A stretch of 64,000 bases of DNA. Origin: Escherichia coli (GTDB lineage: Bacteria > Pseudomonadota > Gammaproteobacteria > Enterobacterales > Enterobacteriaceae). The position numbers and the translations under genes are program-made. Below are positions 1 to 13,402 of the stretch, piece by piece (position 1 is the first letter of the stretch; each line of letters opens with the position of its first letter). The notes beneath the pieces were generated by a model, which was not told the origin of the DNA, did no database searches, and saw only the letters and a list, made by a program, of their open reading frames with translations. Location of the stretch: assembly GCF_051903065.1 (NCBI RefSeq), contig NZ_CP178438.1; one strand, 5' to 3'.

Positions 1-995
1 TCGGCTTTCAGTTGTTGATACAGCGGTACGCAGGTGGCTGGCCCCATCAGGTAGTCGATTTCGGTCCACGGCATGCCGAGGTACAGCGATTCGAAAATCG
101 GCCTGGTGCGGTAAGAGACTTTATCGATGCGCACCACGGTCATGTTACGCCCGCCGGAGTAGTGTCCGGTAAACTCACCGAACGGCCCCTCGATTTCGCG
201 TTTACGGCTTTCGATGACCCCTTCGAGGATCACTTCTGAACCCCACGGCACATCAAAACCGGTCAGCGGGGCGGTGGCGATCGGGTACGAGCTTTCACGC
301 AGCGCGCCTGCCATTTCATACTCAGACTGATCGTATTTCAGCGGCGTGGCCCCCATCAGCGTGATGATCGGATCGTTACCGAGCGTGATGGCAATCGGCA
401 GATCTTCACCGCGCTCTTCTGCTTTATGCAGATGCAGGGCGATATCGTGCATCGGCACCGGTTGCAGGCCGAGCTTACGCTTGCCCTTCACTTCCATGCG
501 GTAGATGCCGACGTTCTGCTTGCCGAAGTTATCTGGGTCGAGCGGATCGCGGGAAACCACGCACGCTTTGTCGAGATAGAAACCGCCATCACCGTCGTTT
601 AAACGAAACAGCGGCAGGATATCGAACAGATTAATCTCGTCACCATCGACGGTGTTCTGCGCCCAGGCTGGATTGGCGCGGCGCTCCGGGGCGATCGGGA
701 AGTTATCCCAGCGGCGGATAAACTCATCAATCTGTTTTTTAACCGGGGTGTTTGGCGGCAGGCCCAAGGAAATCGCGTGGTTCTGCCAGGAACCGATGGT
801 ATTCATCGCCACGCGGGCATCGGTAAAACCGCGAATATTATCAAACCACAGCGCCGGTGCACCATCGCCGATACGCCCGGTGGCGTTGGCAGCGGCAGCC
901 AGATCCGGTTCCGCGTTCACCTCTTCGCTGATTTTCAGTAACTGGCCGTGGTCATCAAGCGCCTGTAAAAAGCTGCGTAAATCATCAAATGCCAT
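1..995 (-). CDS. UbiD-family decarboxylase (yclC/ecdC-like), N-terminal part only; gene runs off the window start
   Basis: Minus-strand frame opening at ATG (complement of 993-995) translating MAFDDLRSFLQAL..., a UbiD-like N-terminus. Start overlaps the stop of the upstream ubiX-like gene. Absent from ORF track because there is no stop inside the window. Confidence 0.6.
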   Translation of the reverse strand, partial: MAFDDLRSFLQALDDHGQLLKISEEVNAEPDLAAAANATGRIGDGAPALWFDNIRGFTDARVAMNTIGSWQNHAISLGLPPNTPVKKQIDEFIRRWDNFPIAPERRANPAWAQNTVDGDEINLFDILPLFRLNDGDGGFYLDKACVVSRDPLDPDNFGKQNVGIYRMEVKGKRKLGLQPVPMHDIALHLHKAEERGEDLPIAITLGNDPIITLMGATPLKYDQSEYEMAGALRESSYPIATAPLTGFDVPWGSEVILEGVIESRKREIEGPFGEFTGHYSGGRNMTVVRIDKVSYRTRPIFESLYLGMPWTEIDYLMGPATCVPLYQQLKA

Positions 996-1588
996 TATTC
1001 ATTCTCCTGAGAAAAATTCCGGGCCTGCGGCAATCCTTGCCAGCGCCTGGCGTGGGGATGTTCGAGGCCAAATTGATCCAGCACGCGGGCTACTACATGG
1101 TGGACAATGTCATCTACCGTTTCGGGATGGTTATAAAAGGCAGGCATCGGCGGCACCATCGCCACGCCCATGCGTGAAAGTGCGAGCATATTTTCGAGAT
1201 GGATGGTGCTAAGCGGCATTTCACGCGGCACCAGCACCAGTTTGCGGCCTTCTTTGAGCACGACGTCCGCCGCGCGCCCTACCAGGCCATCAGCGTAACC
1301 AGCGCGGATACCGGCGAGCGTTTTCATACTGCACGGAATAACGATCATGCCGTCGGTACGAAAGGAACCTGAGGAGATGGTCGCCGCCTGATCCGCCGGG
1401 TTATGGCTGAAGTCAGCGAGGGCAGCAACATCGCGGGCGCTGTAAGGCGTTTCCAGTTCAATGGTGGTTTTCGCCCACTTCGACATCACCAGATGAGTCT
1501 CGACATTCGGCATCTCCCGCAGCGCTTGCAGTAATGCCACACCAAGAGGCGCACCGGTAGCCCCTGTCATCCCGACGATCAGTTTCAT
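995..1588 (-). CDS. UbiX/Pad1-family flavin prenyltransferase (pad1/ecdB-like)
   Basis: 197-aa ORF MKLIVGMTGATGA... with the typical UbiX flavoprotein N-terminal motif; paired with the UbiD-like gene downstream. Confidence 0.85.
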   Translation of the reverse strand: MKLIVGMTGATGAPLGVALLQALREMPNVETHLVMSKWAKTTIELETPYSARDVAALADFSHNPADQAATISSGSFRTDGMIVIPCSMKTLAGIRAGYADGLVGRAADVVLKEGRKLVLVPREMPLSTIHLENMLALSRMGVAMVPPMPAFYNHPETVDDIVHHVVARVLDQFGLEHPHARRWQGLPQARNFSQENE

Positions 1589-1734
1589 TGCTTATTCTCT
1601 TAATTGTTCGTATACGAACGTTATTATTAAAATACGCCTCTGTTCTCATCGCGGCAAGCACTGAAAAGTAACAACATCCCCTTCGTCACTGAAAAACCGC
1701 TATGATAGCGGCAGAGAATTAGCCCGGAGTTTAC

Positions 1735-2142
1735 ATGGCGTTACGAAATAAAGCGTTCCATCAGTTACGACAGCTTTTTCAGCAGCACACATCTCGCTGG
1801 CAGCATGAGCTACCTGGCCTGACCAAACCGCAGTACGCGGTGATGCGCGCCATTGCTGATAAGCCTGGTATCGAACAGGTTGCGCTGATGGAAGCAGCAG
1901 TCAGCACCAAAGCAACGCTGGCAGAAATGCTGGCAAGAATGGAGAATCGTGGCTTAGTCAGACGTGATCATGATGCCGCTGACAAGCGGCGTCGCTTTGT
2001 CTGGCTGACTGCCGAAGGAGAAAAGATACTTGCTGCGGCGATACCGATTGGTGACAGCGTGGATGAGGAATTTTTGGGGCGTTTGAGTGCAGAAGAGCAG
2101 GAGCTGTTTGTGCAGCTGGTGCGCAAGATGATGAACACATAG
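1735..2142 (+). CDS. MarR/SlyA-family transcriptional regulator
   Basis: 135-aa ORF, winged-helix MarR-like sequence; divergent from the ubiX-like gene. Confidence 0.8.
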   Translation: MALRNKAFHQLRQLFQQHTSRWQHELPGLTKPQYAVMRAIADKPGIEQVALMEAAVSTKATLAEMLARMENRGLVRRDHDAADKRRRFVWLTAEGEKILAAAIPIGDSVDEEFLGRLSAEEQELFVQLVRKMMNT

Positions 2143-2215
2143 GATGCAAATTGCCGGGTAGGACGCTGACGTGTCTTATCCAGGCGACAAAAACACAAGC
2201 TTCCCAAACAAAAGA

Positions 2216-2248
2216 AAAAGGCCAGCCTCGCTTGAGACTGGCCTTTCT
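2216..2248. terminator. Hairpin between convergent MarR regulator and rpoS; probable bidirectional intrinsic terminator
   Basis: AAAAAGGCCAGCCTCGCTTGAGACTGGCCTTTCT: imperfect 9-10 bp stem flanked by an A-run and a T-rich tract. Confidence 0.5.
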
Positions 2249-2261
2249 GACAGATGCTTAC

Positions 2262-3254
2262 TTACTCGCGGAACAGCGCTTCGATATTCAGCCCCTGCGT
2301 TTGCAGGATTTCGCGCAAACGGCGCAGGCCTTCAACCTGAATCTGGCGAACACGTTCACGGGTGAGGCCAATTTCACGACCTACATCTTCCAGTGTTGCC
2401 GCTTCGTACCCCAGCAAACCGAATCGACGTGCCAGTACTTCACGCTGTTTGGCGTTCAGCTCGAACAGCCATTTGACGATGCTCTGCTTCATATCGTCAT
2501 CTTGCGTGGTATCTTCCGGACCGTTCTCTTTTTCATCGGCCAGGATGTCCAGCAACGCTTTTTCGGAATCACCACCCAGCGGGGTGTCTACCGAGGTAAT
2601 GCGCTCGTTAAGACGAAGCATACGGCTGACGTCATCAACTGGCTTATCCAGTTGCTCTGCGATCTCTTCCGCACTTGGTTCATGGTCCAGCTTATGGGAC
2701 AACTCACGTGCGGTTCGCAGGTAAACGTTCAGCTCCTTTACGATGTGAATCGGCAAACGAATAGTACGGGTTTGGTTCATAATCGCCCGTTCAATCGTCT
2801 GGCGAATCCACCAGGTTGCGTATGTTGAGAAGCGGAAACCACGTTCCGGGTCAAACTTCTCTACCGCGCGGATCAGCCCCAGGTTGCCCTCTTCGATAAG
2901 GTCCAGCAACGCCAGACCACGATTGCCATAACGGCGGGCAATTTTTACCACCAGACGCAAGTTACTCTCGATCATCCGGCGGCGAGAGGCGACATCTCCA
3001 CGCAGTGCGCGACGCGCAAAATAAACTTCTTCTTCGGCCGTTAACAGTGGTGAATAACCAATCTCACCAAGGTAAAGCTGAGTCGCGTCCAACACACGCT
3101 GTGTGGCTCCCTGCGATAACAGTTCCTCTTCGGCCAAATCGTTATCACTGGGTTCCTCTTCTACTAAGGCCTTTTCGTCAAAAACCTCAACTCCGTTCTC
3201 ATCAAATTCCGCATCTTCATTTAAATCATGAACTTTCAGCGTATTCTGACTCAT
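2262..3254 (-). CDS. rpoS: RNA polymerase sigma factor RpoS (sigma-38)
   Basis: Protein [21 protein letters not shown]... through ...[11 protein letters not shown] track extends 12 codons upstream; start placed at the internal ATG (3252-3254). Confidence 0.97.
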   Translation of the reverse strand: MSQNTLKVHDLNEDAEFDENGVEVFDEKALVEEEPSDNDLAEEELLSQGATQRVLDATQLYLGEIGYSPLLTAEEEVYFARRALRGDVASRRRMIESNLRLVVKIARRYGNRGLALLDLIEEGNLGLIRAVEKFDPERGFRFSTYATWWIRQTIERAIMNQTRTIRLPIHIVKELNVYLRTARELSHKLDHEPSAEEIAEQLDKPVDDVSRMLRLNERITSVDTPLGGDSEKALLDILADEKENGPEDTTQDDDMKQSIVKWLFELNAKQREVLARRFGLLGYEAATLEDVGREIGLTRERVRQIQVEGLRRLREILQTQGLNIEALFRE

Positions 3255-3316
3255 AAGGTGGCTCCTACCCGTGATCCCTTGACGGAACATTCAAGCAAAA
3301 GCCTGGTTCCGCCGAT

Positions 3317-4456
3317 TTATCGCTGCGGCAAATAACGCAGCGGGTTTACGGATTTCCCCTTGTAACGAATTTCAAAATGCAAGCGTGTTGAACTGGTTCC
3401 GGTGCTACCCATGGTTGCTATTTTTTGCCCCGCCTTCACTTCTTGTTGTTCCCGGACCAGCATTGTGTCGTTATGGGCGTAGGCACTCAGGTAATCATCA
3501 TTATGTTTGATGATAATCAGATTACCGTAGCCGCGCAGCGCGTTACCGGCATAAACAACGCGGCCATCTGCGGTCGCGATAATTGCCTGTCCTTTGCTGC
3601 CTGCGATATCAATCCCCTTGTTGCCCCCCTCAGAAGCGCCAAAGGTTTCGATCACTTTGCCCTCAGTCGGCCAGCGCCAGGTGGAGATAGGCGTACTGGT
3701 TGATGTACTGCTGACAGTCGGCTCGGTTGTGCTTGCTGTTGGTACCGTTACAGGCGCTGTGACCGTGGTCGCAGTTGGCTTGTTGTTCGGCAACATTTTG
3801 TTAGCACTCTGTTCACCCGAAGACTCAGAATACGTAATTGTCGGTTGCGACGCAACAGCAACGGTGGAATTTTGTGCAGGCTTGATCACAACTCCTTGCT
3901 CTGCTGCGTCGGCCTGGGTAATGGCATTTCCGCCAGTGATTGGCGTACCGGAAGCATTCCCCACCTGTAAGGTCTGACCAACGTTCAGCGCGTATGGTGC
4001 CTGAATATTGTTGCGCTGAGCAAGGTCACGGAAATCGTTGCCAGTAATCCAGGCGATATAGAAAAGTGTGTCGCCTTTTTTCACGGTGTATGTACTGCCG
4101 CTATAACTGCCTTTCGGAATGTTCCCATACTGACGGTTATAGACGATGCGTCCGTTTTCCATCTGTACCGGCTGCTGAGCTACTGGCTGCACTGGCTGGA
4201 TTTGCGGTTGTTGAGTAGCCTGAATTTGTGGCTGCTGTACCGGCTGAATTTGCGGTTGCTGCGCTGTAGACGTCGTCCCCATTTTCGGCGGCGGCGTAAT
4301 CAACATACCAGAATTGGTATTTGCAGGCGCATTGCCATTGACGGAACTGACCGGTGCCGGTGGATTTGAAGTGTCAGAACAGCCTGCCAGCCATAGCGAA
4401 ACCAGTGACAAAGCCGCAATGCGGCGAACGGTGAATTTTGGGCTTCCCGCGCTCAT
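3317..4456 (-). CDS. nlpD: Murein hydrolase activator lipoprotein NlpD (LysM + M23 peptidase domains)
   Basis: 379-aa ORF with lipoprotein signal (LAGCS), Gln/Pro-rich repeats, LysM and M23 regions. rpoS promoters are known to lie within this gene. Confidence 0.95.
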   Translation of the reverse strand: MSAGSPKFTVRRIAALSLVSLWLAGCSDTSNPPAPVSSVNGNAPANTNSGMLITPPPKMGTTSTAQQPQIQPVQQPQIQATQQPQIQPVQPVAQQPVQMENGRIVYNRQYGNIPKGSYSGSTYTVKKGDTLFYIAWITGNDFRDLAQRNNIQAPYALNVGQTLQVGNASGTPITGGNAITQADAAEQGVVIKPAQNSTVAVASQPTITYSESSGEQSANKMLPNNKPTATTVTAPVTVPTASTTEPTVSSTSTSTPISTWRWPTEGKVIETFGASEGGNKGIDIAGSKGQAIIATADGRVVYAGNALRGYGNLIIIKHNDDYLSAYAHNDTMLVREQQEVKAGQKIATMGSTGTSSTRLHFEIRYKGKSVNPLRYLPQR

Positions 4457-4595
4457 TTATCCCCCAGGAAAAATTGGTTAATAACCAGTGACATAATTAC
4501 CGTGCAAGGCACCATACTGAACACTGGAAAAGATGTTCACGATACGCTGACCTGCGGCAAAATAACCAGGAAAAATCCAGGTATTTCCTCACGTT

Positions 4596-5957
<1,362 letters not shown>

Positions 5958-5977
<20 letters not shown>

Positions 5978-7007
5978 AATCACCTGTTGTGTTGATAAGT
6001 TCCCTGACAACGCTGGTTGCAAAACTACCCGCCGGAAGCCAGAAACGGATCTCTACGGTGACGTCATCCCACCAGTTCCAGCTTAATTGTTGCGGATACA
6101 GCAGCATCGCTCTGCGCGCGGCTTCAACTTTTTCGCGCACCAGTAAGGTTTGTAATTCAGTTTCTGCGGCGACCGCTGCTTGTTCGAATGCCAACGCTTC
6201 ACGCTGAGTTCCCCATTCGCCACTGCCCGGCAATGCGGCGGTTATCATCAGCTCTTTATCGTTGACGCGACGCTGTAATTCCGCCAGTTCTTCGGTGGTT
6301 GCTACAAACCAGCTACCACGTCCGGCTAATTGTAGCGCATCGCCGTCAACAACTTGATTAACGTCTGCTTTTTTGAGGCGCTCAGCAACAATCTGATTAA
6401 ACAACGCACTGCGGGCTGCCGACAACCAAAAACTCCGTTTATTGCGATCGCGCACCGGAGTATTGGTTTGCGCCCAGCGCAGCGCGCCCTGCAAGTTGCT
6501 ACCGCCAATCCCAAAACGTTGGGCACCGAAGTAGTTCGGTACACCTTTTACGCAAATATCGATCAGACGTTGTTCAACGTCATCGCGATTGCTCACTTCG
6601 CGCAGAACCAGGGTAAAGGCGTTACCTTTCAGCGCCCCTAAACGCAGCTTGCGCTTGTGCCGCGCATACTCCAGCACTTGGCAGCCTTCCAATTGAAAGG
6701 CGCTCAGATCGGGCATTTCCTTGCCCGGCACGCGAGCACATAACCACTGTTCCGTTACAGCATGTTTGTCTTTTTGCCCAGCGAAGCTGACTTCACGGGC
6801 ATGAATTTTCAGGAATTTCGCCAGTGCATCCGCCACAAAACGGGTATTGCAGCCGTTTTTGAGGATTCTAACCAGAATATGCTCACCTTCACCATCAGGC
6901 TCAAAGCCCAAATCTTCCACCACCACAAAGTCTTCCGGATTGGCTTTCAGCAGCCCGGTGCCTTGCGGTTTACCGTGGAGGTAAGTGAGATTATCAAACT
7001 CAATCAT
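5958..7007 (-). CDS. truD: tRNA pseudouridine13 synthase TruD
   Basis: 349-aa [21 protein letters not shown]...; 3' end overlaps surE start. Confidence 0.95.
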
Positions 7008-7483
7008 TTTGTTGCCTTAATGAGTAGCGCCACCGCTTCACAGGCTATCCCTTCCCCACGTCCGGTAAATCCAAGTTTTTCCGTAGTAGTGGCTTTCACG
7101 TTAACATCATCCATATGGCAGCCGAGATCTTCGGCAATAAACACGCGCATTTGTGGAATGTGCGGCAACATCTTCGGTGCCTGAGCGATGATAGTGACAT
7201 CGACGTTGCCAAGGGTATAACCCTTCGCCTGAATACGACGCCAGGCTTCGCGTAGCAGCTCGCGGCTATCGGCACCTTTAAATGCCGGATCGGTATCCGG
7301 GAACAGCTTGCCGATATCCCCCAGCGCCGCCGCGCCAAGCAATGCATCGGTCAACGCATGGAGCGCCACGTCGCCATCAGAATGCGCCAGCAATCCTTTT
7401 TCGTAAGGAATGCGTACGCCACCAATGATAATTGGGCCTTCACCGCCAAAGGCGTGTACGTCAAAACCGTGTCCAATTCGCAT
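7004..7483 (-). CDS. ispF: 2-C-methyl-D-erythritol 2,4-cyclodiphosphate synthase
   Basis: 159-aa [15 protein letters not shown]... Confidence 0.97.
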
Positions 7484-8193
7484 TATGTATTCTCCTGATG
7501 GATGGTTCGGGTGAGGTAAAACTCGGCCAGTGCCAAATCCTCCGGGCGCGTGACTTTAATGTTATCCGCACGGCCTTCGACCAACTGAGGATGGAATCCG
7601 CAATATTCCAGCGCCGAGGCTTCGTCGGTAATAGTCGCGCCTTCATTTAGAGCGCGCGTCAGACAGTCATGTAACAGCTCACGAGGGAAAAATTGCGGCG
7701 TCAGCGCGTGCCATAAGCCGTTGCGATCAACGGTATGAGCAATGGCATTTTTGCCCGGTTCGGCACGTTTCATAGTATCGCGCACTGGTGCTGCTAGGAT
7801 CCCTCCCGTGCGGCTGGTTTCGCTCAACGCCAACAATCGCGCGAGGTCATCCTGATGCAGACAAGGACGAGCGGCGTCATGCACCAATACCCACTGCGCG
7901 TCGCCAGCGGCTTTCAAACCTGCCAGCACGGAATCGGCACGCTCATCACCGCCATCTACAACGGTGATTTGCGGATGATTCGCCAGAGGAAGTTGTGCAA
8001 AACGGCTATCGCCAGGACTTATGGCAATGACGACACGTTTCACCCGGGGATGCGCCAGCAGCGCATGCACCGAGTGTTCAAGAATGGTTTGATTACCGAT
8101 TGAGAGATATTGCTTAGGACATTCCGTTTGCATTCGACGGCCAAATCCGGCCGCCGGAACCACGGCGCAAACATCCAAATGAGTGGTTGCCAT
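7483..8193 (-). CDS. ispD: 2-C-methyl-D-erythritol 4-phosphate cytidylyltransferase
   Basis: 236-aa ORF with [11 protein letters not shown] motif; stop overlaps ispF start. Confidence 0.97.
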
Positions 8194-8211
8194 GTTAATT
8201 CCCGGGCTGAT

Positions 8212-8523
8212 TTATCGATTGTTTTGCCCCGCAGACTGTGCGCGCTTCGACGCGTCAGGTACCAGACGATAAAAAGTTTCGCCCGGCCTGGTCATGCTGA
8301 GTTCATTACGCGCACGCTCTTCGAGCGCCTCCTGGCCGCCATTGAGATCGTCAATTTCGGCAAAAAGTTGATCGTTTCGCGCTTTAAGTTTCGCGTTTGT
8401 AGCTTGCTGTGCCGCCACATCATCATTGACGCGGGTATAGTCATGTATACCGTTCTTACCGAACCACAGCGAATACTGTAGCCAGACCAGAATAGCCAGC
8501 AACAGCAGCGTTAGTTTACCCAT
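8212..8523 (-). CDS. ftsB: Cell division protein FtsB
   Basis: 103-aa [28 protein letters not shown]..., N-terminal TM followed by coiled-coil-like region. Confidence 0.95.
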
Positions 8524-8716
8524 CCTGCCCCCTGAAAAACGGCATCATCATCCCATGCATCCGAAGACGACTCTACATCCTCTGTTGGGGATACCGCGAC
8601 AACGCGGGCAAATGTACCACATTTGTCCATTGTTACGTATACCCAGGGCGTGCAGAACATAATCTCATTATTAGTTACGGTTTGAATTATGAACAGAGGA
8701 GACGAGAAAGTACAAA

Positions 8717-9040
8717 TTAGCCCAGTAGCCACATAAACAGTGCGCCAAACATAATGCCTACTGTCACCAGGGTGAAAACAATACTGTAGCGTAGCTTTCC
8801 GTCCATCAATGAATGCAGCGCAATCCCCACCACTACCGCGACGGGCATCAGCGCCAGAAAGAAAGGCCAGGTGTAGATAAAGAAGAACAGCGTGTTAGAG
8901 CCATAAATCAACATCGGCATCGCCAGCGCAAATAACCAGGAGATAAAACCGACCACGGCACCAGGCAGTGACCATGTGGTTTCTTCATCCTCAGTAAGGC
9001 TGTCGTTATTTGTTAGTGTAATGTTATGGCTATTACGCAT
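8717..9040 (-). CDS. ygbE: Small inner-membrane protein YgbE
   Basis: 107-aa hydrophobic ORF at the conserved position between ftsB and cysC. Confidence 0.8.
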   Translation of the reverse strand: MRNSHNITLTNNDSLTEDEETTWSLPGAVVGFISWLFALAMPMLIYGSNTLFFFIYTWPFFLALMPVAVVVGIALHSLMDGKLRYSIVFTLVTVGIMFGALFMWLLG

Positions 9041-9089
9041 ATTTGATCCTGTTACTTTGACGAACCGGGCATGGAAACCCGGTGGTGTC

Positions 9090-9695
9090 TCAGGATCTGA
9101 TAATATCGTTCTGTCTCAACAGATCTAATAATTGCTGTACCAAATTTGTTACTAATTGTTCACCATTGAGATGAATTTCTGCCGATTCAGGCGCTTCGTA
9201 AACGGAATCTATTCCCGTAAAGTTGCGCAGTTCACCGGCACGCGCTTTCTTATATAAGCCTTTGGGATCGCGGGCTTCGCAAATCGCCAGCGGCGTATCG
9301 ACAAACACTTCGATAAAGCGCCCTTCTCCTACGCGTTCGCGAACCATCTGGCGTTCGGCGCGGTGTGGCGAGATAAATGCGGTCAGCACCACCAGTCCGG
9401 CTTCAACCATCAAATTCGCCACTTCACCGACGCGACGGATATTCTCTTTACGATCGGCATCGCTAAAACCGAGATCGCTGCATAATCCGTGGCGAACATT
9501 ATCGCCATCCAGCAGATACGTACTGACGCCGAGTTTATGTAACGCCTCCTCCAGCGCCCCGGCAACCGTTGATTTACCGGACCCGGAGAGGCCGGTAAAC
9601 CACAGCACTACACCACGATGACCGTGGTGTAGCTCGCGTTGTTGCACAGTGACCGGATGGCTATGCCAGACGACGTTTTCGTCATGCAGCGCCAT
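9090..9695 (-). CDS. cysC: Adenylylsulfate (APS) kinase
   Basis: 201-aa ORF with P-loop GLSGSGKST. Confidence 0.97.
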
Positions 9696-11122
9696 TATTT
9701 ATCCCCCAGCAAATCGCGCGCGCCCCAGTGTGGAAAGTGGCGGCGAACCAGGGCATTCAATTCCAGTTCGAATGCACTAAATTCAGATGGCGCAGCAGTT
9801 GCCTGGCTAACTGGCTCCTGCACCATACCGGCACCTACGGTCACATTGCTCAGGCGATCGATAAAAATCAGCCCACCGGTAACCGGGTTTTGCTGATAAC
9901 GATCTAACACCAGTGGCTCGTCAAAAGTGAGATCCACCAGGCCGATGCCGTTCAGCGGCAGGTTTTCAACTTCGCGTTGGGTAAGGTTATTAATATCAAC
10001 CTGATAACGAATGCCATCAACACGAGCACGCGTCTTCTTACCGGCAATTTTGATGTCATAACTCTGGCCCGGGGAAAGCGGCTGTTCCGCCATCCATACC
10101 ACATCCACCGACGCGCTCTGCACAGCTGGTAACGCTTCGTCTGCCGCCAGCAGCAGATCGCCACGGCTGATGTCGATCTCATCCGTCAGCACCAGGGTGA
10201 TCGCTTCTCCGGCAAAGGCTTCTTCGCGATCACCATCAAAAGTCACGATCCGCGCGACGTTTGATTCCACACCAGAGGGCAGCACTTTTACACGTTGCCC
10301 GACTTCCACGCGACCGGATGCCAGCGTTCCGGCGTAGCCACGAAAATCGAGATTTGGGCGGTTAACGTACTGCACCGGGAAGCGCATTGGCTGGGCATCC
10401 ACCACTCGCTGGATCTCCACGGTTTCCAGCACTTCGAGCAGTGTCGGACCGCTGTACCACGGCATACTTTCACTTTGCGAAGCCACGTTGTCACCTTCCA
10501 GTGCGGAGAGCGGCACAAAGCGGATATCCAGATTACCCGGCAGCTGCCCGGCAAAGGTCAGATAATCTTCACGAATACGGGTGAACGTCTCTTCACTGTA
10601 ATCCACCAGATCCATTTTGTTGATCGCCACGACCAGATGTTTGATCCCCAGCAGCGTGGAGATAAAACTGTGACGACGGGTTTGATCGAGTACGCCTTTA
10701 CGGGCATCGATCAGTAAGATCGCTAGTTCGCATGTCGATGCGCCAGTCGCCATATTGCGGGTGTACTGCTCGTGCCCTGGGGTGTCGGCGATAATAAATT
10801 TACGCTTCTCGGTAGAGAAATAGCGGTAGGCCACATCAATAGTGATGCCCTGTTCGCGCTCAGCTTGCAGGCCGTCCACCAGCAGAGCCAGATCCAGCTT
10901 TTCGCCCTGGGTGCCGTGACGCTTACTGTCGTTATGCAGCGATGAGAGCTGATCTTCATAGATTTGGCGGGTATCGTGCAGCAGACGACCAATCAGGGTA
11001 CTTTTGCCGTCATCGACGCTACCACAGGTCAGAAAACGCAGCAGGCTTTTATGTTGTTGCGCAATCATCCAGGCTTCGACGCCGCCTTCATTGGCGATTT
11101 GTTGTGCAAGTGCGGTGTTCAT
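9695..11122 (-). CDS. cysN: Sulfate adenylyltransferase subunit 1 (GTPase)
   Basis: 475-aa ORF with GTP-binding motifs ([17 protein letters not shown]). Confidence 0.97.
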
Positions 11123-11123
11123 C

Positions 11124-12032
11124 TTAAAAATACCCCTGACGTTTTTTCAGCTCCATGGATCCCGCCTGGTCGCGGTCAATCACGCGGCCCTGACGTTCAC
11201 TGGTGGTGGAAACCAGCATCTCTTCGATGATTTCCGGCAGTGTTTGTGCATTTGACTCCACCGCACCGGTCAGCGGCCAGCAGCCCAGCGTACGGAAACG
11301 CACCATCCGTTTTTTGATCACTTCGCCCGGTTGCAGGTCGATACGGTTGTCATCAATCATCATCAACATACCGTCGCGTTCCAGAACCGGACGTTCCGCA
11401 GCGAGATACAGCGGCACAATGTCGATATTTTCCAGCCAGATGTATTGCCAGATATCCTGCTCGGTCCAGTTAGAGAGCGGGAAGACGCGGATGCTTTCGC
11501 CTTTGTTAATTTGCCCGTTGTAGTTGTGCCACAGCTCCGGGCGCTGATTTTTCGGATCCCAGCGATGGAAGCGGTCACGGAAAGAATAGATTCGCTCTTT
11601 AGCACGGGATTTCTCTTCGTCACGGCGCGCACCACCGAAGGCGGCATCAAAACCGTATTTGTTCAGTGCCTGTTTCAGACCTTCAGTTTTCATAATATCG
11701 GTATGTTTCGCGCTGCCGTGCACGAATGGATTAATCCCCATCGCCACGCCTTCCGGGTTTTTATGCACCAGCAGCTCGCAGCCGTAGGCTTTCGCCGTAC
11801 GATCGCGGAACTCATACATCTCGCGGAATTTCCAGCCGGTATCAACATGCAGCAACGGGAAAGGCAGCGTACCTGGATAAAACGCCTTGCGCGCCAGATG
11901 CAGCATGACGCTGGAATCTTTACCGATAGAGTAGAGCATCACCGGATTTGAAAATTCTGCCGCCACCTCGCGAATAATGTGGATGCTTTCCGCCTCCAGT
12001 TGCCGCAGGTGAGTAAGTCGTTTTTGATCCAT
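11124..12032 (-). CDS. cysD: Sulfate adenylyltransferase subunit 2
   Basis: 302-aa [30 protein letters not shown]..., PAPS-reductase-like fold. Confidence 0.97.
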   Translation of the reverse strand: MDQKRLTHLRQLEAESIHIIREVAAEFSNPVMLYSIGKDSSVMLHLARKAFYPGTLPFPLLHVDTGWKFREMYEFRDRTAKAYGCELLVHKNPEGVAMGINPFVHGSAKHTDIMKTEGLKQALNKYGFDAAFGGARRDEEKSRAKERIYSFRDRFHRWDPKNQRPELWHNYNGQINKGESIRVFPLSNWTEQDIWQYIWLENIDIVPLYLAAERPVLERDGMLMMIDDNRIDLQPGEVIKKRMVRFRTLGCWPLTGAVESNAQTLPEIIEEMLVSTTSERQGRVIDRDQAGSMELKKRQGYF

Positions 12033-12283
12033 AACCGTTCCTTTGCAATACCGCTATTTTCTTGCCATCAGATGTTTCGACTATAGGGAGCGTAAGAGAA
12101 CGAATGAAATTACCAATTAGAATGAGTAGTTCCTTAACGGAATAACGATTTGGCAAAGCTAATATCAAAAAGTGCTTAAGGCACCGGATTTCGGGCGTTT
12201 AGGAAGATTTGAAATTGTTTTAGCGCAGCGGCAGTTTCATACTATGGCGGTAAAAAAATTTGCATGGTATTTAAGGACTCACT

Positions 12284-13321
12284 ATGTTTTCCGCATTGCG
12301 CCACCGTACCGCTGCCTTGGCGCTCGGCGTATGCTTTATTCTCCCCGTACACGCCTCGTCACCTAAACCTGGCGATTTTGCTAATACTCAGGCACGACAT
12401 ATTGCTACTTTCTTTCCGGGACGCATGACCGGAACTCCTGCAGAAATGTTATCTGCCGATTATATTCGCCAACAGTTTCAGCAAATGGGTTATCGCAGTG
12501 ATATTCGGACATTTAATAGTCGGTATATTTATACCGCCCGCGATAATCGTAAGAGCTGGCATAACGTGACGGGAAGTACGGTGATTGCCGCTCATGAAGG
12601 CAAAGCCCCGCAGCAGATCATCATTATGGCGCATCTGGATACTTACGCCCCGCTGAGCGATGCTGACGCCGATGCCAATCTCGGCGGGCTGACGTTACAA
12701 GGAATGGATGATAACGCCGCAGGTTTAGGTGTCATGCTGGAATTGGCAGAACGCCTGAAAAATACGCCTACCGAGTATGGTATTCGATTTGTGGCGACCA
12801 GCGGCGAAGAGGAAGGGAAATTAGGCGCTGAGAATTTACTCAAGCGGATGAGTGACACCGAAAAGAAAAATACGCTGCTGGTGATTAATCTCGATAACTT
12901 AATTGTTGGCGATAAATTGTATTTCAACAGCGGTGTAAAAACCCCTGAAGCAGTAAGGAAATTAACGCGCGACAGGGCGCTGGCAATTGCGCGTAGTCAT
13001 GGAATTGCCGCAACGACCAATCCGGGTTTGAATAAAAATTATCCGAAAGGCACTGGGTGTTGTAATGACGCAGAAATATTCGACAAAGCGGGCATTGCTG
13101 TACTTTCGGTGGAAGCGACTAACTGGAATCTTGGGAATAAGGATGGTTATCAGCAACGCGCAAAAACACCTGCCTTCCCGGCGGGAAATAGCTGGCATGA
13201 CGTAAGACTGGATAATCAACAACATATTGATAAGGCACTTCCTGGAAGAATAGAACGTCGCTGCCGTGATGTTATGCGGATAATGCTACCGTTGGTGAAG
13301 GAGCTGGCGAAGGCGTCTTGA
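12284..13321 (+). CDS. iap: Alkaline phosphatase isozyme conversion aminopeptidase
   Basis: 345-aa ORF with signal peptide and M28 peptidase-like sequence; sits at the classic iap position next to the CRISPR array. Confidence 0.92.
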   Translation: MFSALRHRTAALALGVCFILPVHASSPKPGDFANTQARHIATFFPGRMTGTPAEMLSADYIRQQFQQMGYRSDIRTFNSRYIYTARDNRKSWHNVTGSTVIAAHEGKAPQQIIIMAHLDTYAPLSDADADANLGGLTLQGMDDNAAGLGVMLELAERLKNTPTEYGIRFVATSGEEEGKLGAENLLKRMSDTEKKNTLLVINLDNLIVGDKLYFNSGVKTPEAVRKLTRDRALAIARSHGIAATTNPGLNKNYPKGTGCCNDAEIFDKAGIAVLSVEATNWNLGNKDGYQQRAKTPAFPAGNSWHDVRLDNQQHIDKALPGRIERRCRDVMRIMLPLVKELAKAS

Positions 13322-13402
13322 TGGGTTGGAAAATGGGAGCTGGGTGTTCTACCGCAGGGGCGGGGAATTCTCAGTGATATCCATCATCGCATCCAGTGCG
13401 CC

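Noticed and set aside
652-1212. 186-aa plus-strand ORF spanning the ubiX-like/UbiD-like junction
   Set aside because: Overlaps two coupled minus-strand genes with clear family signatures; Ser/Ala/Arg-rich composition typical of GC-rich antisense frames.
3255-3290. 12-codon N-terminal extension of rpoS ([12 protein letters not shown]) and analogous upstream extensions on surE, cysH, cas6e, queD, ygcN, ygcO, ygcQ, ygcS, ygcW, gudD, TPM paralogs 1 and 3
   Set aside because: In each case an internal ATG gives the N-terminus matching the expected protein family and/or has a better Shine-Dalgarno; the extensions are the ORF finder's longest-frame choice, several using non-ATG starts.
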